The position numbers and the translations under genes were made by a program. Below are positions 12,205 through 21,929 of a stretch of DNA of 49,293 nucleotides, in pieces. Location of the stretch: NCBI GenBank assembly GCA_000320545.1, contig ADNK01002381.1, positions 1 to 49,293 on the forward strand. Reading direction: 5' to 3'. The DNA is from Bigelowiella natans CCMP2755 (lineage: Eukaryota; Protista; Cercozoa). The notes beneath the pieces were generated by a model that saw only the letters and a program-made list of their open reading frames with translations, had not been told where the DNA came from and searched no databases. Within the stretch, counting starts at the first letter, position 1. Every line of letters starts with the position of its first letter.

Positions 12205-13755
12205 ATGGGCTCGGTTTTTGAAGACACACAGGAACACCAAAAGCAGCCTCTACTCGACGAGGTGCAAAAGAAACAACCAGAATGCTCTGGAGGGTGTGAG
12301 GTGGTTGTGTTCATTGGAAATCCTGGCGTAGGTAAATCGACGCTGTTCAACACTTACATCGGTGCTGATGTTTCGCGATGTCTCTTGGAGGAGGGAACAA
12401 GGGAACTTATCATTTACCAAAAGGATACCGATGACCAAGAAAGTAAGCAATGTCAACCAATCATCATTGACACACCTGGATTGTTTGCGGCCGAGGACGG
12501 TGCGTTTGACAGTGCTGCGGAGCACATCATTAAAGCTCTTCACATATGGGACCAACGCGAAGATCTGAAAACATTCGACAAAAGAAGGAAACTCGTTATT
12601 CTTAAAAGTAGCTGGATGAGATTGGTGTTCGTCATAAAACTCATTGGTCTCCGCGTTCAAGCATATGACGTTGTCATGATTCAGACTGTTCTCAAATGGC
12701 TGTCTCGGAACGAAGTTTCTTACAGCATCATCGTCAACGAATGCAAACTGAAAGAAGGAAAGAAAGAAGAAATTCGTCGAATATTGCTCAACATTTTCTC
12801 AACAATTAAAGGAAAACCAAGTCAAGATCACTCCGAAGTCTCCATCGAATTCATAGACTGTGTCGAAGAGGAGGATCGTGCTAAAAATGTGCTCAGCACG
12901 CAGCGTGAAAAAATGGTGAAATTCCTTTCCGATAAAAGATACAGATTTAGATTGAAAAAGGATAAGGCACCAGATTTAAATAAAACAGAATTACAGATGT
13001 GCTCATCGGAAGAAATCGAAGCCGCAAAAAAAATGATAGTAGCTGCGGAAGGAAAAAGGAAATCACAAGCTGAGAGGATAGAGAACATCTCAATATGGGG
13101 GAGAATAGTAGGAGGTTATAAGTATTATGAGAGGAAGCTTATGTATTCTGCTTATTCTGCATTAGGGATTAACGAATGCATCGGCAAATCTGTAAAGTCA
13201 AGATCGAAAAGACTGTCTCCCGTAGTGGACCGAACGGAAAGTGCTCTCGTTGTTGCCCCTACCTCTTCGGGGAAAACATTCGTGAGTTGCTATACAATGA
13301 AGCAGGCCCCTTCCGATAACAAAACTATCAAGCGAAGCATCGACCGTTCTATTATAGTTTATGTGGCACCTACAAAAGCCCTTGTCAATCAGGTATCTGC
13401 TGCTTTGCACGCACGTTACGGCAAGGTTTTTGGAGTTATGACATTGGGTTACAGCGTGAGGCTTGAAGAATGTAAAGTGCTCATTACCATTCCAGAATGC
13501 TTGAAAGCGTTATTACTTTCACCAGAAAGTGAAGCCTGGACAAGATGCATCAAGTATGTAGTCCTTCATGATGTTCATCTTTGGGAAGCACTGAAAACGG
13601 TGCTGTATGGGAGCGTCTCCTTAAAATGGTGGGATGTCCCTTCATTGCTTTGTCGGCAACCCTTGTGGATTCAGCAAACTCACAACAGAAAAATAAATCT
13701 CATCATGCATCGAACTCGCTGGTCAGACCTGATCGAGTACCCGATGTCTTATTAG
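12205..13755 (+). CDS. Intronless AIG1/GIMAP-like GTPase reading in frame into a DDX60-like helicase fragment
   Basis: ATG 12205 (MGSVFED); G1 FIGNPGVGKSTLFN, G3 IIDTPG, G4 region IIVNE; then a coiled linker, then helicase motif I APTSSGKT and motif Ia YVAPTKALVNQ. Confidence 0.8.
   Translation: MGSVFEDTQEHQKQPLLDEVQKKQPECSGGCEVVVFIGNPGVGKSTLFNTYIGADVSRCLLEEGTRELIIYQKDTDDQESKQCQPIIIDTPGLFAAEDGAFDSAAEHIIKALHIWDQREDLKTFDKRRKLVILKSSWMRLVFVIKLIGLRVQAYDVVMIQTVLKWLSRNEVSYSIIVNECKLKEGKKEEIRRILLNIFSTIKGKPSQDHSEVSIEFIDCVEEEDRAKNVLSTQREKMVKFLSDKRYRFRLKKDKAPDLNKTELQMCSSEEIEAAKKMIVAAEGKRKSQAERIENISIWGRIVGGYKYYERKLMYSAYSALGINECIGKSVKSRSKRLSPVVDRTESALVVAPTSSGKTFVSCYTMKQAPSDNKTIKRSIDRSIIVYVAPTKALVNQVSAALHARYGKVFGVMTLGYSVRLEECKVLITIPECLKALLLSPESEAWTRCIKYVVLHDVHLWEALKTVLYGSVSLKWWDVPSLLCRQPLWIQQTHNRKINLIMHRTRWSDLIEYPMSY
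13222..13755 (+). pseudogene. Decayed, intronless DDX60-like (Ski2-family DExH) helicase RecA1 fragment
   Basis: VVDRTESALVVAPTSSGKTF...IVYVAPTKALVNQV...CKVLITIPECL.ALLLSP...W...IKYVVL matches the DDX60 family as I recall it. Motif II DEVH is changed to HDVH. After a frameshift near 13580 homology continues as GAVWERLL...CPFIALSATL (motif III), then after a deletion/shift as KINLIMHRTRWSDL. There is no RecA2 domain. Confidence 0.8.
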
Positions 13756-13879
13756 TATTCGACACACCTGTGACGTGCAATTCATGCACCAGTACACGAG
13801 ATACCCATCACCACACATGCCATGAATGCCACGCATCCCAGGTGAACGCATCTCCAGCAATCACAATGTTTTCAAAACT

Positions 13880-13929
13880 ACGTCCAGCTGTCTAGCTGTT
13901 GCCACGCTACGCTGCTGTTGCTGCTTATA

Positions 13930-13977
<48 letters not shown>

Positions 13978-15000
13978 TACTACGGTACATACACATTCAT
14001 TGTGCGATTAAAATACGCTGTCATGTGGCAGACGCGCACTTAAACATGTGTCTAGCTGTGCACGCTAGCTACACAGCGTGTAGTCATGCTAGCATGGCCT
14101 CCTTCATGCGAGTCGTTGCTATTTCGTCGTCGTTCCTGTTCATGATCATAATGACAGTTATTTGTTGAGTCTTACTTACTAGCTTAGTAGCTAGAGTAGC
14201 AAAGCGTTCTGACTGGACGTGACAAGACGTGATCTGTGTTGTTGACGATGTTGCATGCCAATCTAGCAGTGTGTAGCGCATCGTGCTCATGAGTTGCGTT
14301 GTACGTATGCGACCTCCTCTAGCCCTTGCTAGCTTGCTAGCTTGGCAGTATGAAGCTACCAGTATTCCCAGCAATGAGCATCAACATGCACTGCCTAGCT
14401 AGCTAGACTACATGTAGTTATCTAGTACGTAGTCTAGCTAGCTAGTTGTCTAGCTCTAGAGCTAGCTAGCTAGCAGTACAGAGTCCTAGAGTCATGTGAG
14501 AAGCTCTATAAATCTCTGGTCTATAGGTGACCATTTTGTTCACATCAAAACCCTTTGGACCTGTGATACGATTGTCATGCTAGCAGCGTAGCATGTCTGA
14601 CTAGCTGACTGTGCACAGCTAGCAGCTAGCTAGCTGTGGACACAGCAATCGGTCGACTAGCAATCTAGCAATGCCAGAATGCCAGCTAGCCAGAATGCAA
14701 ACATGCTGTATAGCATGCTAGCATGTCTAGATCTAGCATAGCATGGAGATGTGCGCTCTAGCAAGGCTCGAACTAGAGAAGGCTAGAAGGTCTAGAGGTA
14801 CTGACAACCTAAGCCATTTAAGACATTGAACTTGGCTAGTTGGGTCGCAATGGCTAGAGCGCGATGCTGATGGGTTATGAATGCGCACACCGCTTGTAGC
14901 TAGACCGACCTAGCTAGCTAGCTAGCGACCGACATCCAGAGCATCTAGCTAGCCACCGCCACAGCTATAGAATACGTAAGCAATCTTGACATCTAGACAC
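13880..15000. repeat. CTAG/GCTAGC/TCTAGA/CATG-rich low-complexity intergenic spacer (similar spacers at about 2990-3730, 10250-10810, 21030-21930, 28030-28700, 35970-36800, 41390-42170)
   Basis: Hand count: 13 CTAG between 14395 and 14489, including (CTAG)n runs such as gctagctagctagc. No credible ORF. Confidence 0.85.
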
Positions 15001-15123
15001 ATGCACGTGACTGCTTATTACATACAAGACAGCATTTCATACTATTATTCGCACGCATTACTCTTATTTTCACAAGCAGAAATCAATAACGCGTCTTTCA
15101 TATTGCGATCATCATTATTACTG

Positions 15124-15507
15124 CTATTTCTGATGCTTCCGACGATTCTGCCCCATTTCCAGCTCGAGCTGCTTCTGATGTACAATATTGTGTGTGAATC
15201 GATTGTTCTATACACATTGCAAGAATACATCTCGAGGCGGTGACCTTTTTCTTGGCTTTCCAGAATTTCTTCTTGTATGCACTTATTTTGCTATTTTTGA
15301 GGCCGCTTGTCAACTTGAAGATACCTGCAGCGTGTTTTGCAGGGAGGGGGGAGTGAGGAGGAAGATAATGAATATCTACAGTTCATACACTCCCCCCCCC
15401 CCCCCTCTCTCTCTCTCTGTGTGTGTGTGTGTGGTCGCGTTTGTAGGGACAAGCTATTTACTAGCTTATTTGAGTTGTGAACCCATCAAGGACAGATCAT
15501 TAATATT

Positions 15508-15550
<43 letters not shown>

Positions 15551-15877
15551 CTGCTGGTGCTACCCTGGATGCAGACGTCTTCGTCCTTCCATATCTCGAG
15601 GGAGTTTATATAACTGGCTTTTTGAAGTCTTGACAAAGCCTCCAGGTAATCTCCTACATCGTCGTTGTAGTATACGCACACAACATTACACATATCATAT
15701 CGCAGCGTACACTAATACCACACCACATGTATATGTACACCCCCCGATTGCACATGATGCACGCCACATGGATGATAACTCGTGCCATTGCTAGAAACGC
15801 TTGATTGCCATTCAGCTTGAGGGGAGGAGGATGCAGTCGCAGTAGTATCGCTATCGTATTCAACACGAAAGTTCTTG

Positions 15878-15924
<47 letters not shown>

Positions 15925-16351
15925 TTGTGTGTGTGGTGTATACCGCCGTCGAGCGACTTATCGTCAGCCTTGGCGAGGAGGTCCTTCTGGCAGTGTTTGA
16001 GGACGTATAACGCCACACGGTAAAGCATCTTGTGCCCCTCGTTGAAGAAGATGTCCCAAATCCGAACCTTGGAAGGGAGAGAGTTGGAGGAGGAGGAGGA
16101 GGAAAAAGGATGTACACTTAGCGCAGCGAGGAGTAAGATGAATCAATAGATGTCCTTCCGGGAGAAAGAAAGGTTGTGGGGAGCAGTGGGGCATGCAGAG
16201 ACACCAGACGTTGGTTAGTCGGATTATGCTTATCAACTCAACACGCTACTACTACTGCTACTACTACTAAATCCACACAAGATTGTAGGAGGGCCCATCC
16301 ATCTATTATTCTAGAACATTCATCGCATATCATATGCATATTTATTATATA

Positions 16352-16393
<42 letters not shown>

Positions 16394-16426
16394 TAATATA
16401 TAATGTTCTCCTTCTATGTGATCGAT

Positions 16427-16458
<32 letters not shown>

Positions 16459-16641
16459 TTTCGAGTTGTTAGTACCGCGCAGTTGGCAGGTACAATAGAC
16501 CACAGGGAAATCACCCACTTGGGTGCGAAAACGTTGATGGAACCGAACGGTAACATTGGGCACTTTTCATCAGCCTTCGTCAATGCCTGGGGGGGACGGA
16601 GCGGGGGCAGAGTGACATCCCGATTAATATTTGCACACATA

Positions 16642-16680
<39 letters not shown>

Positions 16681-19600
16681 CAACACACGCTGTGGCGACA
16701 AGATGAAGCAACTATCCAACGCGAGGAAGAAAGAGGCATCATTGCGTTGGTAATAACACGTAATTGAAGGTGGAGTAGTACTGGTAGTAGTGGTAGTAGT
16801 AGTAGTAGTAGTAGTTGTAGTAGTAGCGCGCTATGGTGATATGTGAGTAGCGACAACCCACCTTCGATAGCTTCGGGAGGTACGATTTCAGTAACTAATA
16901 TTTGCGTTTATCATCATCATCATCATCATCATCATCGTTCGTCGTCATCATCATCATTATCACCCCATCTCTCTCCCTCTCCCTCTCTCTTTCCCCGACA
17001 CATCACATAGGTTGGAAGGCAAACAAACGCATTCACAACGAAAGTCGCTTGTTATTCAAGGAGGGAGGGGGGGGGGGCTATAGCAAAGGATACGCAACTA
17101 CCACTACCATTACTACAACCACTACAATTGCCACCACCTTTTTCAACACATACTCAAATTCGAACGCGAGTTCCAATTGTGGGCCGTATCTTAAAAAAAG
17201 AAAACAGATCGTTAAGAAGAAGACGATGACAGTGCTCATCCCGCGATAATTGTGAGGATGATTAGCTACTACTACTACTACTACTACTACTGCTACTACT
17301 ACTACGAAAAGGAGGTAAAACACGCGCTCGCACGCAGCACCAGCATTGGGAAGAGGAGGAAGAGGAGGAGAAGAGGGCCGCATTGGAAAAATAGAGGAGG
17401 TCAAGACAAGTAAAGAAGATGCACTGGCTCTTTTAAAGAATCTAATTTCGATTTGGGGAGCTCCTTCTATCTCATTAAGAATTAGAAATTATGCTCCTGC
17501 CCCCCCCTCTTTCCTCCCCGCCCCGTAGCCAGTGGTCGTACAGATTCTGCAGCGCGTAGTCCGGGTGGTGGCATAACCGCTCAAGCATCCAGAACACCTC
17601 TTCATTCTGGAAGGGGCAGCTTATCATCAGAAAAGCCGCAACCTGATGTAACACACGCACGCACACACACACACACACACACACGCATATTCGTCACAAG
17701 ACACAAACGACCACCCAATGACGATGAAGACAGAGAAGGGCGGGTGAGTGAGTGTGGAGGGGAATACGGACAGTAGGTTTGGGAGGTGTGACTCCTCGTT
17801 ATTACCAGATTCATGCCCTGACAGTACTGTACTTGTTTGTCGTAGTGCACATACGCATACAGAACCTAGCATTCGATGATAATGATAATGATAATGATGA
17901 TGATGATGATGATGATGATGATTACAACCGACAATAGGCAACAATGATCAGAGTAACAAATAATATCACTATATGACGACGACGATGATGATGACGATAG
18001 TGTTCTCTTTCTAAATCTACGACTCACCTCTCGTAGACGCTCTGCCGCCGAGGATTTGCTGTCTTTCTCGCCTGTTATGTTTTTTGGGGGGGGGGAGAAG
18101 AGAACATAGTGGCAAAAAGAAAAAGGAGGAAGAAGAAGATACGACTAGAGAAATGAGTAACGAATCATAAATAAAATGAGAAATAAACTCTGAAATAAAT
18201 CACAACATTACCGCGGGCAACTATTCAGAGGGGACGAGCTTACCGTGAAGGAAGTGGTTTTCCGGAAATGTTCTGGGCACATCTTTGTCGATAGTTCGGA
18301 ACGGCTCTGGGTTGCCTTCAGGCTTTCCAATGCACGACAACTTGGAATATAACCTACATGAATCATCACAACAATATCAGCCAGTATGCGGCGTAAAGAA
18401 ACAACAGGTGACTTCGCACCCCACCCCCCTTTCCCTTTCGTATACGTCGCCTCCCGACAAAAGTTCAAGTCATGATATTCTAGCGGCATTCTATACGATT
18501 AGATTCTGCTAAAGATGGGGATCGTGAGGCATATTCACCGATCAAAATCGTGTTTTTTTTAAAATGAAAATTCGTCGTTCGGGCATATTGTTTGCGTGAT
18601 AATGACACTGATAGTAAGCATCATCATCATCATCATCATCACATCATCATCATCGCTCAAACGAAACGGCTATGTATGGCACCACCCTTTATCAATGACA
18701 CCAGGGATTCTATGGAAGCATAAAATCCGTCCCCCCCCCCCCCCCCCCCCCCCCCCACACACACACACGAGCATGGGCGCGCGCACGAAAATAATATACT
18801 ACTGCTAACAGATACGTCATCGCTGACATTAGACCTTGAGCTGTCGTTGGCTCGGCCATCGATGGTTCTTCTCAAGGTACTTTTTCATTTCTATCCACTT
18901 GTTTTCGCGACGGAGATCGCGCTTCTTCTTCTTCCTCGCAAGATTACTAGAACACACAACGGTGTTACTGAGATAGTCAATGGTGCTTTGGGGGCTTAAC
19001 TATGAAAATTTAAGCTGCTTACGCATAGCATATCTACAACTAGCCGCCACTAGTACCTAACACTCGCCTTCCCTATCGCAGCGGCGATCTCCTTTATATC
19101 TTCAGCTATCTGCAAGGCGGGGTGGGGGAGTCAGTTACACGTGTACGTAGCAGTGGTTTAAGTGATAATGGGGGAGGAGGGCGGGAAGGGAGAGAGACCC
19201 TTGATTTCATCTGGCTGTGCTTTTTCTTGTCAGTCTTCTCCAGCTCTGCCATATTCTACGTGACAGCATTACAAATAAAACTAAATGCGGTGTTTCTTTC
19301 CATCACGGTGTTCTTTTTCTTTTTTGTTCCCAAACATAGCTGCCTCATTAACTCAAGAAGAATGCTATTGACGCCTCTATGCGACAACATGGTTGTGAAA
19401 TACCTCATGCGGATTTACGGCAGGGAGGCGCGTTGATTCTTCTGTGGGAAACACGTGCACACACGCACTTTAGTTACATTTACTGCACATACAATCTTCA
19501 TTTCTACAAGTAGAAGTATCGCAATTTCATACCAGCACTTGCGCCGCTTGCGATACTTTCAATTTTGCTCTCGATCACCTATATTTTAGAGCAAGTCAAT

Positions 19601-20675
19601 GTGTGATCAACGAAATAAGCTCGAATAGCCCATGAACATAAAAACCCATCATCATCATCATCATAATGAAATCCTTATCTCACCCCCTCCGCTTCTCCAT
19701 CGCACTCCGAGCCCGGAAGAGTTGCTAGCCCTTGCGGGGACTGCAATTCGGACCCTAACCTGAAATAGAAACATGACTTATCCTCACTCAACTCCAATCA
19801 AGCAAGCTCCCATGACGACCACGCTCAGGAGTGACATTGTGTGACATGATATTTGAATTACCTATCTGACTTCGTAATAGTTGATCGGGCCGTAGTTACC
19901 GTTGTTACTTGTGAATTAGGCCCAACAGTATCGGTTTTTATTTTAACTTCACAGCTGCCAGCGTCCCCCTTTTGCTGCTCAACCCCCTTCTTTTCTCCCG
20001 TCCCCGAATATTCTTTAAGGCCCTGAGATAGGAGGAAGAAAGAAGAGGACAGAAAAGGTAAGACGGTAGTGTTCATGCAGGAAAAGGAAGTAATGAAACT
20101 AGGTCGTGTCCCTACCTGCAGATTGATCTTAGAAAGAGGGAGGCGGATACCTTCCGTCTTCGTTACATCTCGGAGGGCGATCTTGAAATCAGCTACAGGT
20201 TTCTCAACTCCCTCCTTGGCCACTACCACTTGATACTGTTTCCCAGTCTCCAACCCTGATTCCACACAAACACGGTTTTTTTTGTTAAGGACAACGTTCC
20301 TGCAGATCTGGGTACTGTTCTGTTTCAAACTCCCTCGATCGAGAATGACGATAAAACGAATGGTGCATTGATCGAAAGCTTTCTCAACGTTAATTCGTCC
20401 AAAACGACTTTCTCATTCTTCGAGAAGGTTTCCGAAATGATGCGAAAGATACGTCGAAAATTGGCTTAATCTTTCAGAAATGATTACTACTAGATCCAGA
20501 TTGATGTGAAAGCGGCGAAAGAATTTCTGTATGTTAGTCGCTTCAACAAACTACCGCTAGGCAGTGCCATCTCCCCGTCAATCTCGAATCTAATATTCAT
20601 CTCCCCCGAACCGATCTGTACGACGGCAGGAGCTTGGAAATCATTCCACAGCTTTACAGAGGGCTTTGCCCCCAT
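15124..20675 (-). CDS. TBC-domain Rab GTPase-activating protein with N-terminal MGAKPS myristoylation consensus (multi-exon)
   Basis: Exons include MGAKPSVKLWND..., RRENKWIEMKK, FRTIDKDVPRTFP (IxxDxxR Arg finger), VLYAYVHYDKQVQYCQGMNL (YxQ Gln finger), VAAFLMISCPFQNEEVFWML, FAPKWVISLWS, VRIWDIFFNEGHKMLYRVAL and KQLELEMGQNRRKHQK*. One junction near 18700-18840 is unresolved. Confidence 0.88.
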
Positions 20676-21155
20676 TCTGGTGTAGTTTGCAACTCACTTG
20701 TGTGCTGCTGGGGGACATTCAGCGTTCATCTCCTGAGACACGAATATTTCATTGTCGCAGATGCTGATCGAAGATCGGGAGAGGAAGATCACGCTTCACA
20801 CGTTCTTAAAAAATCGGCCTGCGTGTCGGCCGTGAGTCCAAGGGGGATGATGGGGTTCCTCTATTGCGACATCTATCGACGGCCGACATCACCGGAGATT
20901 TGGAAAGTGCTAGATCTTTCTTTCTCGGCATTATTGTTATCTCGATCAAATCATTTTTTTTTCGGACAAAATCCAATGGAAATTGGCCCAGTTTTGACCA
21001 GAATTTTAGAATCAGATATCACCATGAATCTAGCCTTGCGACATGTCTGAGAACGTCTCTCATCTAGATCATGCTGCAAACGGACCACATGAAGATGCAT
21101 GGCACATTTCAAGCTAGCAAGGTTGATCTTGTGTGCACGCCGGTCTCCCATGTGG

Positions 21156-21273
21156 TTCTGGCGCATGTGATTTCAATCAATGCTTTTTTCATGTTTCATG
21201 TTTCATGTTTCTGGCGCATGTGATTTTGAACAATGCTTCTTTCATGTTTCATGTGTCATGTTTCACGTTTCTG
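21156..21273. repeat. About 53-bp degenerate tandem repeat with internal (TTTCATG)n
   Basis: ttctggcgcatgtgattt...caatgctt(t/c)tttcatgtttcatg... occurs twice, inside the TpA-depleted spacer. Confidence 0.75.
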
Positions 21274-21929
21274 AAAGCCCTTCCAGCCTTGAAAACACTT
21301 CAATTGCTCACATTCGTTGCACATGGTGTTGCTGTGTCTGTCATTAGCTTGGTTGCAGGTGTCAATCACACTGTGCAATGGCTAGATGGTGTTGCAACAA
21401 TCGCTGGCACTTCTCTAGTTTTTGACGTTCAGCGTCCACAATCATCATCATTCACCGAAGGCTTGTGTTTGTTCACGTTGTTCCCTTCTGTTGCTCTGGC
21501 CTTCGCCAGATCTAGAGAGCATCGATGCGTGCCACGGTGAGACACTTTGCGGGTGGTCACACACCAACATGCATGCACATGCTGCTGTCCATTCAACAGC
21601 TCGGGATGGAAAGAACATTGGAAAGTCTAGAAGTGTGCGGCATGAACAAGCATGCTGGCATGCATGTCTGCAGCAGGCTAGCAGGCCCAGAGATGACGGC
21701 CAAACCTAGAAACGTCTAGCTATGTATGTGCACATGTACTTACGCCGCACTACTACTGGGATATAACCGCCACATGCTTTTCTTCAATGAATGTGTCAGT
21801 TGGCATCATCATCTGATTACTAGATGCGAAATTTGTGATGTTGGACGTCATGCATCGAGCACATCCACTGTGATGCGTACGTCAAAATCACGAATCTTGT
21901 TTTTATAAGCTGGTACTCAGAAACTAACA

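Noticed and set aside
9900-15000. GTPase pair as cargo of a defined mobile element or endogenous virus
   Set aside because: I found no terminal inverted repeats, target-site duplication, poly-A tail or viral hallmark gene by eye.
13880-15000. Classical fungal RIP or CpG deamination as the cause of spacer composition
   Set aside because: RIP raises TpA generally and depletes CpA. Here CpA/TpG are abundant, CpG persists, and in the 21-kb spacer TpA survives almost only in CTAG.
21280-21720. Possible decayed transposon coding sequence (ORFs 21133..21540, 21422..21709)
   Set aside because: No recognisable RT, integrase or transposase motif, LTR or TIR. The open frames are explained by loss of TpA, which removes TAA/TAG stops. 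TE origin remains possible but unsupported.
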